Source of the DNA: Bdellovibrionales bacterium
Lineage (GTDB): Bacteria; Bdellovibrionota; Bdellovibrionia; Bdellovibrionales; JAUICD01
Direction: 5' to 3'
Length of the DNA: 64,000 bases
Assembly (NCBI GenBank): GCA_965262715.1
Contig: OZ253553.1
Span: 480,001 to 544,000, forward strand
The notes beneath the pieces were generated by a model, which saw only the letters and a program-made list of their open reading frames with translations, was not told the origin of the DNA and did not search any database. The position numbers were made by a program, and so were the translations under genes. This document shows, one piece after another, positions 19,607-31,500 of the stretch. Numbering within the stretch: position 1 is the first letter of the stretch; each line of letters starts with the position of its first letter.

Positions 19607-20242
19607 ATGATGAATTGGGTTAAGTACTCTATTAAAACTTATTTGCTATGTATATTAGCAATAAGCTTTTTTATACAAACAGATATGCAGGCTCAACAGA
19701 TTTCTCAACTGCCTTGTCTACCATCTTGGTGGTCTCAAGATCATACTCCAGAAGAGGTAGAAACAGTACATGCATCTGATGATAATGTCTTACTCCAACA
19801 ATGTGATGAAGATGGAAATACTCCTCTTCATATTGCTTTAATTAGTTTAAAGCTCGATCCTTTATCTGTAGATCAAACAGGCTTAATATGTGCTTGGGCT
19901 AGAGATATTGGTAGAGATGGTCTCCAACTCTACAGGAATAGACAAGGAGAAAATCCTTTAATGCTTTTTGAGGCAAGGTTTGGAAGAATGTTAGCAGAAA
20001 TAAGTTATAGTTCATCAGAAGAACTTCAAAACTTATTTGAAGAAGAATCTTTTGTTATGGAAGTAGTTCTTTATATTTTAGTACAGACAACTATTATGGG
20101 AAATTCACGGGAAAGAGCAATGAGTGAAGTTTTAACTGCTGGAATTTCTTCTTTGCTTGACCAACTAGGTGAAGGTGCTAGAGAATTTTTTTTGGAAAGG
20201 CTTCTTGAAATGGAGTCTATGTCATCTCAAGAGCACCCTTAG
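19607..20242 (+). CDS. Secreted hypothetical protein with ankyrin-like motifs
   Basis: Signal peptide; DEDGNTPLHIAL, NRQGENPL. Confidence 0.6.
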   Translation: MMNWVKYSIKTYLLCILAISFFIQTDMQAQQISQLPCLPSWWSQDHTPEEVETVHASDDNVLLQQCDEDGNTPLHIALISLKLDPLSVDQTGLICAWARDIGRDGLQLYRNRQGENPLMLFEARFGRMLAEISYSSSEELQNLFEEESFVMEVVLYILVQTTIMGNSRERAMSEVLTAGISSLLDQLGEGAREFFLERLLEMESMSSQEHP

Positions 20243-20527
20243 ATTTAGAACTTTTTAAACTTTAATAACTCGTCCTGATAATTAATTATGTTAAAGAATC
20301 TCTCAATGAGATCATTATTGATCTATGTAGAGGAATAAATCGCCTTTTTCTAATTATCAGAAAGGGATAAAGATGGAAGATTTTTTTTATTGTGAAAGAG
20401 TGAAAGTGTTCTTATTTTGAGTCGAAAAAAAAACAAGCTGTCTTATATTGAAGCTATCTTACCTTCTTTAAGTTACTATTATTGATATCCTTACAAATTT
20501 AGATTATAATAAATAGTATATAGGGAG

Positions 20528-20806
20528 GTGGTTTTGATTTCAGCCGTATGTCCTTTGGGAATTATTTGTGTCATAGTTATGTTACCTTTTATAATTATAC
20601 TCATTCCAGTCATTACAGCTTTGCATGTTTTTAACTTCTTTACTTCAACATTTGGTACTCCTATAGGCCTTTTACTCTTTTCTGCTTTAGCCCTTATAAT
20701 GATATCTGCTTTATATAAGCTGTTTAGAGTTATACAGGCAAAAAGACAAAATCTTTGTTTGGAACAAAGAGATAGAATATTTAATGAGTACATCCTCCGA
20801 CGTTAG
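20528..20806 (+). CDS. Small membrane protein or 3' remnant of a degraded gene
   Basis: Two hydrophobic helices; an upstream ATG at ~20373 runs into stops. Confidence 0.35.
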   Translation: MVLISAVCPLGIICVIVMLPFIIILIPVITALHVFNFFTSTFGTPIGLLLFSALALIMISALYKLFRVIQAKRQNLCLEQRDRIFNEYILRR

Positions 20807-20840
20807 CTCATTTTTAAATCTTTATGTAACAACACCTTTT

Positions 20841-22802
20841 CTAAGTACTTTCTATATTAAGAAGGATTTTTTTATATTGGTCTAAACATTGAGGATTGGC
20901 AAGGCTCTGAAAACTCTCGCTATCATGACCTTCAAATAAATTGCGGATCAATATCTCCATTTTTTTACCATTTCTAGTGTAAGGAATATCATCCACTTGA
21001 AAGATATAAGAAGGGAGATGTCTTATAGTCAGTCTCTTCTTGATCCGATCACGTATAAGATGCTTAAAATCTTCGTCAAATAGATCTTTTTGACACTTTA
21101 CAAAAAGTAAGACTTTCACATCATTATCAAAGGTTTTACCTATACATAAACTGTCCTCAATACCATTAAACCCTTCAAGGACATTATAAATTTCTGCTGT
21201 GCCAATGCGCACTCCTCCAGGGTTTAAAGTGGCATCGGAACGCCCAAACATACATACAGTTCCTTTATCTGATAGGCGCACTTGATCTCCATGTCGCCAA
21301 GTATTGGGATAAACAGAAAAATAAGCTTTTTTATAATTTTCTCTATCATCCTTGAATATATCTAAAACAGGTTGTGATGGAAAACTCTGTTGACAAACAA
21401 GCTCTCCTTCTTCTCCTATGATAGCCTTTCCTTTATGATCAAAGACAGCTACATCCATGCCCAAACCAATACAAGTGATCTCTCCACTATAAACAGGTAG
21501 TATAGGATTTCCTAACATAAAGCAGCTTAAAATATCTGTGCCACCTGCAATGCTAGATAACATCACATCTGATTTTATATTGTGATACACAAACTCAAAA
21601 AGCTCATTGCTCAGCGGAGCTCCTGTGGAAAGAATGGTCTCTAATGTTGGTAGATTTAAATCTTTATTATAACCTGATTCTTTTAGCATTTGTAGAAATT
21701 TTGGACTTGTTCCAAAAATATTAATTTTATGCCTATTGATAATATCAAAAAAATGCTTTGTAGAAAGAAATTTTGGAGAGCCTTCAAAAAAGCAAATAGT
21801 ACCACCAAAAAATAAACCACTTATAAGCCAGTTCCACATCATCCATGCGCAAGTAGTAAAATAAAAAAGCGTTTTATCTAAGTTAAAATCACAATGAAGT
21901 CCCAATTCTTTGATATGCTGAAGCAGTGTTCCTCCTACACTATGGATAATGCATTTTGGCTTTCCTGTTGTTCCTGAAGAGTACATAATATAAAGTGGAC
22001 TTTTAAATGGAACTCTAACAAATTTGAGATCTACAGCCTCTGTCTTGCTGATTGTTTTTTCCCAAATATCTACTTTTTTAATGGTGCTGCCTGTATTTAA
22101 AAAGTCAATGGCAATAATCTTTTTAAGACTTTTTAGAGAAGTCATAATCTCTTGAATATTGTCTTTAAGGTGATAGCGTTTTCTGTTGTATTCATAAGCG
22201 GTAGCTGTGACGAGGACTTTGGGTTTTGTTTGAGCAAAACGATTTAAAACACTTTGAACACCAAAATCGCAACTGATAGAGGTAAAAGTGCCTCCTAAAG
22301 AGGCTGTTCCAAGCATAGCAATTACAGTCTCTACAGTATTTGGCATATAGGCGGCTACCACATCATTAACACCAACAACATCTTTGATATAGTTTTGAAA
22401 CTTTGCTACTTCTGATCGCAGTTCTTTATAAGATAGTTTTTTAACATGGCCTGACTCGCTTTCAAATGTTAAAGCAATTTGATCATCTTTTCCTTGAGAT
22501 AATAAGTTTTCGGCAAAGTTAAGCTTAAGAGAAGGAAACCAAGTGTAATCAAAAAATGTGTTTTTAGTAGAGATAAGTGTTGGGTCACCTTCATAAATCA
22601 CAGGGTAAAAGTTTAAAAGATCTCTCCAAAATGTACCTTTGTTTTTTTGTGGAGGGTTTGTTGGTGGTTGAATACTATATTGGTAAAGTTCTTGATAGGA
22701 AGAAAATCCTCTCTTTTTCATAAACTTTAACATTTGAGATTGAGCTTGCCTTTCTTGACTGGCTTGCCATATTTTCTTAAGCTTTGTAGCTTTGTCTTTC
22801 AA
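20841..22802 (-). CDS. Acetoacetate-CoA ligase (acetoacetyl-CoA synthetase)
   Basis: LNFAENLL, YSSGTTGKPKCI, WMMWNWL, GRSDATLNPGGVRIGTAEIY. Confidence 0.92.
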   Translation of the reverse strand: MKDKATKLKKIWQASQERQAQSQMLKFMKKRGFSSYQELYQYSIQPPTNPPQKNKGTFWRDLLNFYPVIYEGDPTLISTKNTFFDYTWFPSLKLNFAENLLSQGKDDQIALTFESESGHVKKLSYKELRSEVAKFQNYIKDVVGVNDVVAAYMPNTVETVIAMLGTASLGGTFTSISCDFGVQSVLNRFAQTKPKVLVTATAYEYNRKRYHLKDNIQEIMTSLKSLKKIIAIDFLNTGSTIKKVDIWEKTISKTEAVDLKFVRVPFKSPLYIMYSSGTTGKPKCIIHSVGGTLLQHIKELGLHCDFNLDKTLFYFTTCAWMMWNWLISGLFFGGTICFFEGSPKFLSTKHFFDIINRHKINIFGTSPKFLQMLKESGYNKDLNLPTLETILSTGAPLSNELFEFVYHNIKSDVMLSSIAGGTDILSCFMLGNPILPVYSGEITCIGLGMDVAVFDHKGKAIIGEEGELVCQQSFPSQPVLDIFKDDRENYKKAYFSVYPNTWRHGDQVRLSDKGTVCMFGRSDATLNPGGVRIGTAEIYNVLEGFNGIEDSLCIGKTFDNDVKVLLFVKCQKDLFDEDFKHLIRDRIKKRLTIRHLPSYIFQVDDIPYTRNGKKMEILIRNLFEGHDSESFQSLANPQCLDQYKKILLNIEST

Positions 22803-22885
22803 AATAACTCCCCTGTACTTTTTAAGTTCTTTAGCTTAATTGTATTTGTCAAGATGAATACCACACAGCACAGTAAATATAATGA

Positions 22886-25576
22886 CTAGTGGCAGGCGGC
22901 TTTAGCAGCAGCTAGTTTTGCAATAGGTATCCTGTAAGGTGAGCAGCTCACATAATCCAAACCTAACTTATGAAAAAACTCGATGCTTTTAGGATCACCA
23001 CCGTGTTCTCCACAAATACCTAACTTCAAATTTGGATTTGATTGTCGACCTAACTTCACAGCTAGCTTCATTAAAGCGCCAACTCCTTTTTGATCAATAC
23101 TTACAAAGGGATCTTGTTCATAGATTTGAAGTGCTACATAATTTTCTAAAAATAAGGCTGCATCATCTCTAGATAGTCCAAGTGTTGTTTGTGTTAAGTC
23201 ATTTGTACCAAAGCTAAAAAAGTCTACAGATAGAGCGATTTCATCAGCTGTGATAGCAGCTCTTGGAAGTTCAATCATCGTACCTATTGAAAAAGAAAAA
23301 GACACTTTTTTGTTTTGTTGCACAGATAAAACGACCTTTTTGATATCTTCTTTGATTATGTCAATTTCTTTTTTGGTTGAAGTTAGAGGAATCATAATTT
23401 CCACAAGTGGTTTTTTATCTTCTGCCATCCTTTTAAAATCATCTTGAGAAGTGCCACTGTTTATTATCAAATCTGCGATAGCTTCAGCTATGGCTCTTAT
23501 CTGCATTTTGTAAATTTCAGGGTAAGTGATAGCCAAACGACAACCTCGGTGCCCTAGCATAGGATTGGTCTCTTTCAAGTTTTGCATACGTAAGTAAAGC
23601 TTTTTTTCATCCACGTGCAATCGCTTTGCAAGAGATTTAACTTGATCTGTTGTCTGAGGTAGAAATTCATGCAGTGGAGGGTCTAATAAACGGATTGTTA
23701 CAGGCAGGCCTTTCATCTCTTGAAGTAAAGCCATAAAATCAGATTTTTGTATGGGTTGCAGTTCCCTAAGGGCATCTTGTCTTTCAGACAAACTATCTGC
23801 AAGGATCATCCTTCTTACAATATCAATACGTCTAGGATCAAAAAACATATGTTCAGTTCGACAAAGTCCAATACCTTCACTTCCAAATTGTTTTGCCAGT
23901 TTTGCGTCGCATGGTGTATCTACATTGCTGCGCACTTTTAGTTTTCTATATTTATCAGCAAGATCCATCAATCTTTGAAATTCTCCTGTCAGTTTAGGTG
24001 GATCTGTTTTTGCCTCTCCTTTTAAAATTTTTCCAGATGTACCGTCAATAGTGATCACATCTCCTAATTTCAAGAGGATATCACCAATTTTTAATGTTCT
24101 TTGGGCTTCATTGACTTCTAAGTCTCCGCAACCGACGATACAAGGCTTGCCCATACCTCTTGCTACAACGGCTGCATGGGATGTCATACCACCTCTTGCA
24201 GTTAGAATGCCAGATGAAGCAATCATTCCATGGATATCCTCAGGAGATGTTTCAAATCTGACTAGAATAGCACTTTCGCCTTGCATTTTCATGTCTTCGG
24301 CTTCTTGACTTTGAAAGACAATTTTTCCAATAGCAGCTCCTGGGCTTGCAGGAAGTCCGCGAGCCATGATACTTTTTGAAGGTATATCAGATGCTAAGTT
24401 AGGATGTAGAAATTTGTCCAAGCCAGTAGGATCAATACTTAATAAGGCCTCCTTTTCAGTGGTAAATCCCTCATCCATCATATCTATAGCTATTTTTAAT
24501 CCAGCTTGTGGAGTTCTCTTTCCACTACGTGTTTGTAAGAGCCAAAGTCGATGGTTTTCAATAGTGAATTCTAAGTCTTGCATATCTCGATAATGTCTTT
24601 CTAGTTTCTGGGCAATGACGACTAATTGTTTATAAATATCTGGCATAAGTTTTTCTAAAGATATTTGATCTGACTTTCTTATAAGATGTTCTGTAAGAGG
24701 CTGTGGAGTTCGAAGGCCAGCCACCACATCTTCTCCTTGAGCATTGAGTAAATATTCTCCAAAGAATAGCTTTTGGCCTGTGGATGGGTCACGTGTAAAA
24801 GCTACACCTGTAGCAGAATGGTTTCCTAAATTTCCAAAAACCATAGCCTGAACATTGACAGCTGTCCCCCAACCTTGGCTGTAGCCATGTAACTTACGAT
24901 AAGTTTTTGCTCTTGGTGTATTCCAACTTTCAAAAACTGATGAGATCGCAGAAAAAAGTTGATCATAAGGATCATCAGGAAAGATTTTTCCTGTTTCAGT
25001 TAGAATTTGAGATTTGAACTCTTCAACTATGGATTTTAAATCATCCACATTAAAGTCCTTACCCTTTTGAGCTTGTCTATTCTCCATGATAATTTCTAGT
25101 TGGCTATAATTCATATTCATAACAACATTAGCATACATTTGAATAAATCTACGGTAGGAATCATAAGCAAAAAAAGCGTTCTCCGAGGTTTGAGCTAACC
25201 CCTCTACAGTTTTGTCATTTAACCCTAAGTTTAAAATGGTATCCATCATACCAGGCATGCTCACTCTTGCGCCAGACCTTATGCTGAGCAATAAAGGATT
25301 TTCACCATCTCCAAATGATTTACCTGTTATTTCTTTAACTTGTGATAAGGCTTTTACAATTTGAGACTTAATTTCAGGGTGAAGTGTTTTGTTATTTTCA
25401 TAATAGATACGACAGATTTCAGTTGAGATGGTAAAGCCTGGAGGTACAGGAATGCCTAAGGATGACATTTCTGCAAGATTTGCCCCTTTGCCTCCAAGTA
25501 GGTCCTTCATTCCTGCATGACCATCTGTTTTTTGTTCTGAAAAGAAATACAAAAATTTCTTTGGTATCTGATCCAT
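22886..25576 (-). CDS. ppdK: Pyruvate, phosphate dikinase
   Basis: LGGKGANLAEM, SMPGMMDT, GGMTSHAAVVARG, GLCRTEHMF, SFGTNDLTQ. Confidence 0.97.
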   Translation of the reverse strand: MDQIPKKFLYFFSEQKTDGHAGMKDLLGGKGANLAEMSSLGIPVPPGFTISTEICRIYYENNKTLHPEIKSQIVKALSQVKEITGKSFGDGENPLLLSIRSGARVSMPGMMDTILNLGLNDKTVEGLAQTSENAFFAYDSYRRFIQMYANVVMNMNYSQLEIIMENRQAQKGKDFNVDDLKSIVEEFKSQILTETGKIFPDDPYDQLFSAISSVFESWNTPRAKTYRKLHGYSQGWGTAVNVQAMVFGNLGNHSATGVAFTRDPSTGQKLFFGEYLLNAQGEDVVAGLRTPQPLTEHLIRKSDQISLEKLMPDIYKQLVVIAQKLERHYRDMQDLEFTIENHRLWLLQTRSGKRTPQAGLKIAIDMMDEGFTTEKEALLSIDPTGLDKFLHPNLASDIPSKSIMARGLPASPGAAIGKIVFQSQEAEDMKMQGESAILVRFETSPEDIHGMIASSGILTARGGMTSHAAVVARGMGKPCIVGCGDLEVNEAQRTLKIGDILLKLGDVITIDGTSGKILKGEAKTDPPKLTGEFQRLMDLADKYRKLKVRSNVDTPCDAKLAKQFGSEGIGLCRTEHMFFDPRRIDIVRRMILADSLSERQDALRELQPIQKSDFMALLQEMKGLPVTIRLLDPPLHEFLPQTTDQVKSLAKRLHVDEKKLYLRMQNLKETNPMLGHRGCRLAITYPEIYKMQIRAIAEAIADLIINSGTSQDDFKRMAEDKKPLVEIMIPLTSTKKEIDIIKEDIKKVVLSVQQNKKVSFSFSIGTMIELPRAAITADEIALSVDFFSFGTNDLTQTTLGLSRDDAALFLENYVALQIYEQDPFVSIDQKGVGALMKLAVKLGRQSNPNLKLGICGEHGGDPKSIEFFHKLGLDYVSCSPYRIPIAKLAAAKAACH

Positions 25577-25611
25577 GATTTCTCTATATGTTAATATTAA
25601 AAATAGCCATT

Positions 25612-26964
25612 TTACTTATGTTTTAATTGATCTCTAATATAAGATGGTAACTGTGATATACTAATGCGTTCTTGTTTCATAGAATCCCTATCTCTAACAG
25701 TTACCTTTTCATCTTCTAAGGATTCAAAATCCACTGTTACACAAAATACAGTGCCAATCTCATCTTGTCTTCTATATCTTTTACCAATACTACCTGTTTC
25801 ATCATACTGCAGTGATATATCTTCTAAAGTAAAATCTTTATAGACATCTTCGTATAGTTTCTCTGCAATTTCTTTTAAAGAGGCTTTTTTAGAAAGGGGA
25901 AGGATAGCAAGTGTGACAGGAGATAAAAGAGGATGAAGTTTCATAACAACTCGCATGTCATTTTCTTGATTCTTAGAAGGTATACTTTCTTGTCTATAGG
26001 CATCACAAAGAGACATTAAAACAAATCGGTCACAACCTGCAGATGTTTCAATCACATAAGGTAAAAATTTTTCTTTACTATCTTCACTAAAAAATTCAAG
26101 ATTTTTACCTGAGAACTTTTGATGTTGTTTGAGATCAAAGTCCGAACGGTGATGTATGCCTTCCACCTCTTGCCAACCTATAGGGAACTTGTACTCAATA
26201 TCAAAAGCTGCCTTTGCATAATGGGCTAACTCATCAGATTTATGTTGTCTTATTCTTATGTTGTTTTTATCAAAGTGTTGATAAAATTTCAGACGTATAT
26301 CCTTCCACTCCTTAAGATATTTTTCATCAGTGCCTGGCTTAACAAAATATTGCATTTCCATTTGTTCAAACTCTCTAGTGCGAAAAGTAAAATTACCGGG
26401 TGTGATTTCATTTCTAAAAGCTTTTCCTATTTGAGCGATACCAAAAGGGATTTTCTTTCTCATACTCACATAAATATTTTCAAAATTAACAAAAATACCT
26501 TGTGCTGTCTCTGGTCTTAAATATATTTGGGAAGCAGAATCTTCCATAGCTCCCATAAATGTTTTGAACATAAGGTTAAATTGTTTAGGTGGTGTAAGAT
26601 TTGTGCTTTTGCAATCAGGACACTGCGTATTTTTTGCATCATCTTCTGGTCTAAATCTGATTTTACAGTCTCTACATTGAATAAGAGGATCTGAAAAGCC
26701 ATCTACATGACCTGAGGCCTCCCAGATTCTAGGGTGCATCAAAATAGCAGCATCAACTCCAACAATGTCTCTTCTAGATGTCATAGACTTCCACCAAAGC
26801 TTTTTAACATTTTGTTTTAATTGTACTCCTAGAGGGCCATAGTCATAACAGGCATTTAAGCCTCCATAGATCTGACTGCTTGGAAAAATAAATCCTCGTC
26901 TTTTGCACAAAGATACAAGAGTTTGTAAATCTTCTAATCTTTTAGATTTATCAGCTTCTTTCAT
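25612..26964 (-). CDS. glyQS: Glycine-tRNA ligase (homodimeric type)
   Basis: [39 protein letters not shown]. Confidence 0.96.
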   Translation of the reverse strand: MKEADKSKRLEDLQTLVSLCKRRGFIFPSSQIYGGLNACYDYGPLGVQLKQNVKKLWWKSMTSRRDIVGVDAAILMHPRIWEASGHVDGFSDPLIQCRDCKIRFRPEDDAKNTQCPDCKSTNLTPPKQFNLMFKTFMGAMEDSASQIYLRPETAQGIFVNFENIYVSMRKKIPFGIAQIGKAFRNEITPGNFTFRTREFEQMEMQYFVKPGTDEKYLKEWKDIRLKFYQHFDKNNIRIRQHKSDELAHYAKAAFDIEYKFPIGWQEVEGIHHRSDFDLKQHQKFSGKNLEFFSEDSKEKFLPYVIETSAGCDRFVLMSLCDAYRQESIPSKNQENDMRVVMKLHPLLSPVTLAILPLSKKASLKEIAEKLYEDVYKDFTLEDISLQYDETGSIGKRYRRQDEIGTVFCVTVDFESLEDEKVTVRDRDSMKQERISISQLPSYIRDQLKHK

Positions 26965-27206
26965 GATTAGGATTCTTTTATTTGGCCTCGTTTAATTTAT
27001 CTTAACTTTCCTATGTCCTTATCCTCATTTCAATAGATGACTCAAATCTTTATAGTTAACAAAAAGATTTGGAGTGATCCGCAAATGACAGGAATTGTAA
27101 GGAATGATTTCCTTTAAATATAAAAAAATGAGTATATCTCTATTCTTTCTGGGAAACTTATCAAGCTAGTAACCTGTTTATGGCAACTGTTGCTTATGTA
27201 TCAATC

Positions 27207-27274
27207 TGTAACCTATGCCTAAATATGTACACATGTGTCAAGAATAAACTGTTACCTACGTCTCAATATGTACA
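27207..27274. mobile_element. Two IS481-like terminal remnants
   Basis: TGTAACCTATGCC..ATGTACA and AAACTGTTACCTACGTCTC..ATGTACA resemble IS481-type ends; they truncate the adjacent transposase relic. Confidence 0.45.
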
Positions 27275-27733
27275 TTTCATATAAGTAGCTGGAGAAGTGG
27301 AAGAAACTCCTTTTTTTGAAGCTTTGTATCGTCTTTTAAGGACATTTAAGAAGCGATCTAAGCTAGAGGCACTCATTTCTTGTAAAAGACTTCTAACCTG
27401 ATTATTTACATTATAATAAGGTAATCAATTTCTGAAGGCAGCTTTCATTCCTCTAGCAGATATTCGATCCATCTGTTTCCAAAGATATTCAATATGAGGT
27501 AAGAGCAACTCTTGAGGATACTTCTGTTTTACTCCGCACCTTCTTATTATTGGATAATGTACTGTCTCTTGATATCTTCAGTTGCCTGATGATAGTTTTT
27601 CTGTGAAGTCCGGTGACTTAAGTAGCATGCTTTTATATATCAGTCTTTTCAATCTTCCTAGATTCAAAGTAGAAGTTGGCTAATTCATTGATATATTCTC
27701 AGCTAGTATAGCAGATCATGATTGCCTCTCTTG
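27275..27733 (-). pseudogene. Degraded N-terminus of an integrase-core (ISNCY-like) transposase
   Basis: Manual translation VTGLHRKTIIRQL...QKYP..LW..M...SARGMKAA.RN*LPYY...MSASSLDRFL, with stops and frameshifts. Confidence 0.6.
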
Positions 27734-27810
27734 TTTGGTAAATTCATTGAAAAACTTGACTTTTTTTAATGATAAACAAGGGAGGGATTCTAAGACAAGC
27801 AATCCGAAAA

Positions 27811-27951
27811 TCAAAATTACATCACCAAGCTTTGGTAACATATATTCTGAGGTAATTCGACCAGCTTGCTTCGTTTGCCAGAATATTGAATTTTGTATGA
27901 AGTCGAGTTATACTTATTTTAAAATACGAAACTTATTTTTTGAGGACCCTT
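27811..27951 (+). repeat. ~140-bp direct repeat; second copy at 31737-31877
   Basis: Near-identical TCAAAATTACATCACCAAGC...GAGGACCCTT. Confidence 0.9.
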
Positions 27952-27971
27952 TCTAAGGTTTATTACCATAG

Positions 27972-28526
27972 CAAATTATCAATAAACTTAAAGTTGTCCT
28001 GTTGAGAGACAGATATTTTATCAATTCGCAACAAGTTTATAAATTTCTGAACTTAAATGTTGTCTTAATACTAGACTAGATAGTCCAGTGTCTTAATGAT
28101 TTCAGCTACTTAGCAGTGTAACTTACGTACATAAGTTACAGTCCTGTAACCTTAAAATCATTGATGTTTTTGGCCATGTTCCATACCAATGACCGTCAAT
28201 GAAAACCTCATTCTCTTATCCTATATCGGTAGTTATTTCAATAACTTAATACTGTAACTTATGTACGTAAGTTACAGTCCAGTTGAGCTAAAAAGCAGCC
28301 TTTTGGCTTGGTATTTAAGGTTTTCACTTCTGATATTTTTGGTCATGTTTCCTTTCAAATTAAGCATCTTGAGAAGACAGATAAAAGAAAAATGATATAG
28401 AAAATTAAATTTATTATCTTAAATAACATTTATTTTTTATTAATTAGGGAGTTTTTATCATGAAAACATTTTTAGTAAGTGGTGATTGATGAAAGATATA
28501 AAGTGTGAAAGTGAAGGAGAGCTATT
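27972..28526 (+). repeat. Upstream region duplicated at 33616-~34180 with the prepilin-like paralog
   Basis: Near-identical for ~350 bp, then gradually diverging. Confidence 0.92.
28115..28278. promoter_or_regulatory. Inverted pair of 28-bp 11-6-11 palindromic sites enclosing a minus-strand sigma-28-like promoter
   Basis: AGTGTAACTTA-CGTACA-TAAGTTACAGT (28115-28142) and ACTGTAACTTA-TGTACG-TAAGTTACAGT (28251-28278); TTAAG-N14-ACCGATAT on minus at 28249-28223. Confidence 0.6.
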
Positions 28527-31500
28527 GTGGTATCATTTCTTCGGAGGATGAATTGTCTTACTTCTAAAATTAATTCTTTAGTTAATCTCAAATTGTTTAA
28601 TCGGTTAAGTAATTTAAAAAAAACAGTCACCTCTCTCACCTTCTTTAGTGTAGGAATTAAGTTCTATGTTCGTTCTCGTGAGAGTGGAATGATGCTGGTA
28701 GAAGTTATCTTAATAGCTGTTTTTTTACTTGGCACAGCTTTAGGAGCTACTTATTTTTTTACTCAAACAGAAGTCACTATGAAGTCCTCTTCTCAAGTGA
28801 TAGAATGTCAAACTATTGTCAAACAAGCTTTAGAAGATGTTGTGTCACTAGGAACTCGTCTTTATGGTTATAAAATTAAACATGACACTTCTAACTTAAG
28901 TTACACCCCTCTTTTTATTACAAAAGACTCAAAAGCTTATAATGTGGATGATAATATAAAAGATGTGGGTGATGGAAGTGAATTAAGTTTTCCTCCTGAG
29001 ATGTATCAAGAACTCTATAGAAACCTTGTGGGTATGGACATTGATCCTCCTATAAAAGTTAGTCCAGAAAGTAACACCGGTAAACCTATTATCAGTGATA
29101 GAAATACACATCCTATTGAAGTTTCCACATCCACACTCATTGTCAATTCTACCAATGTTTTGCAATATCTCTATAATGCAGACCCTGCTTATTCTACAGG
29201 TGATGGCAAATTACTGAATAACAATAACGGTCTTATATCTTCTGTTTTACAAAAATATAAAGAACAATTTGATTTAAGTAATATCGAACTTTATTTGAAG
29301 ATCACACCTGTTAAAGGTAATACTGTTATCAGTACAATGCCTGTTTTAACTCGTCCATATTTTCTTGCAAATTCTAACGAAATATCTTCGGATTTAACAA
29401 TTTTAGGAGAAGCAGGTATTGGGTTTGAAGTTAGAGTCAAATTGCAATATGAAAGCAATAATCAAGAATTTACTTGTGACGGTGCACATCAGTTTCATCA
29501 TCAAACAACAGGGGAAAGTGGAAACCCTACAGCTTTAGATGTGACTTTAAAGGGTTTAAAAAATGGAACTGGTAAAGATTTTCTACAAGATGCAAGTTTA
29601 GTAAAGACATCTTGTGACACATATGGTGGTGGATATGAAGATATAACTGTGACATTGGACTTTAACACACTGACAAAAAGTCAACAATTTGGAACAGTTA
29701 TTTTATGTCAAATGAATACTTATTGTCGGAGTGAGGGAGACGATGGGGATTACACTGATCCTAAATCTGGAGCAATTTGCACACCTGAGAAAGGGCGTTT
29801 TCAAAGGTGTCATAATATTAATCCTAAACCTAGTTCAGATCAAGAGTGGACATTTAAGTCAAAGCTAGAGTCAGAGCAAGTTCTGGTTTTGCAATTTAAT
29901 GATATGAAGGACAATAGAAGATATGACCTAAATGTAGCAGAATTTGCTTTAGATGGAGAAATACTGAGGTCGTCTCAGAAGTTCATATTTTATATAGATG
30001 AAAGAAGACCTTATGTAGGTGATAGACAGATCACAGGAGATGATGTGGGTCTTCCCACTGATAATATAAAAGAGCGAGACTATAATGGTCCTTTTACCAA
30101 TTGGAAAAAACCAGTGGATTCTCCAAATGATAAGTGGCTTCAATGCAATAAACAACCTGTGGATTTTGGGATCACAATAGAAGATCAATTCACGCATAAT
30201 TTGAGAAACTGTGATATCTCATGGAAGAGAGAGGATGGAGCCGGTAGCACTTCCTCTGCTCCTGTCACTTCAACTTTTGATAGTCCTAATGGGACTTGCA
30301 AAGGAAGTTTGGGTACGATTGAACAAGGGCGTCAAACGATTCAGTTTAACCCAAAAGATACTTGTGAGCCAGGACCTTGGAATACAGAAAACTTAGTATG
30401 GGATACAGATCTACCAAGTAGTTACAAAGTACAAGACTTTCCAAGTACAATATGGTTACCGGGTAACAGTCAAGATGGTTATGCTATAGACACAATTGTT
30501 CCAGCAAAAAACCAAGTTGGAAAACTTCCAAAACATTACTCTGTAGATTGCCAAGAAAATTATATGGGAAACAATCCTAGAGATGACGGCGATGGTAAGC
30601 CTTTACAATGTAAAATTATAAATACCTATGCAGGGAATGACGATGGGGCCAAACTAAATACTGTAGGAGTTAGATATTATCATGTGTGTGGCAATCAAGG
30701 AAAAAGTTGTCAGAATACAACAAAACGGACAGACTGGGGTATTTACAACCCCGATGATTCAAGCTGCGATGTTACGTGTGGTCCTCAGAGTTCTTGTTGT
30801 AGAGGACTCCCATGTGAGTTTGATTATGGTGCAACGGGGATACAAAAAAGTGATGATGTATCTTCACCTCAAAACAGGCTTAAATTGTCTAAGGCTTTAG
30901 GCGACTGTGTAAAAATAAGTGGTAGTGGTTGTTATACAAGTACAGCACCTACAACCGGGGCATACGTTGGTACTTGCATGAAATCTTTTTGTTCGATAGG
31001 TTGTTCAAATCCTGTAGGCGGAACTCAAACTGGAAAGCTTGCACAAGGAGAAGGTGGCAGTGTAAAGGATGATCCAAGATATCCTGAAAGAAAAACGAGG
31101 CAGGACTTTAGGGATAACGACCCTGGCTGTCCACCTTCTGGAGTTTGTAATTGTAGTTATAATGCGCCATGTAAAGCTGACCAGCCATTTGAAGAGTACG
31201 AGAGGGTAACTTCCTCTTGTAATGGACTTCGGGAAGGGGCTGATTGTTCATTTACACAAAAGTATCGTTGTCAATTGGACAACCCTGCCAGACAGACAAC
31301 TGATGCTCCCTATAGTGGGACATGTGTTTATCTCACAATGAGAACAGGACCTGTACCTATGGGGGTATCTTGTACGGTCCCTGCTAGATGTACAAATGGT
31401 CAATATAAACGAGATAACAACGGCAACCTGGTATTCGATGCAAATGGCCAAATGATATATGAGTGTTTATCAGTATATGAACCTGGCAATACTTTTACAT

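Noticed and set aside
27735..27956. 73-aa ORF
   Set aside because: Mostly overlaps a 140-bp intergenic repeat; no recognisable motif
28251..28278. Chromosomal dif site
   Set aside because: Same 11-6-11 geometry, but the arms are symmetric, match XerC/XerD arms poorly and occur four times
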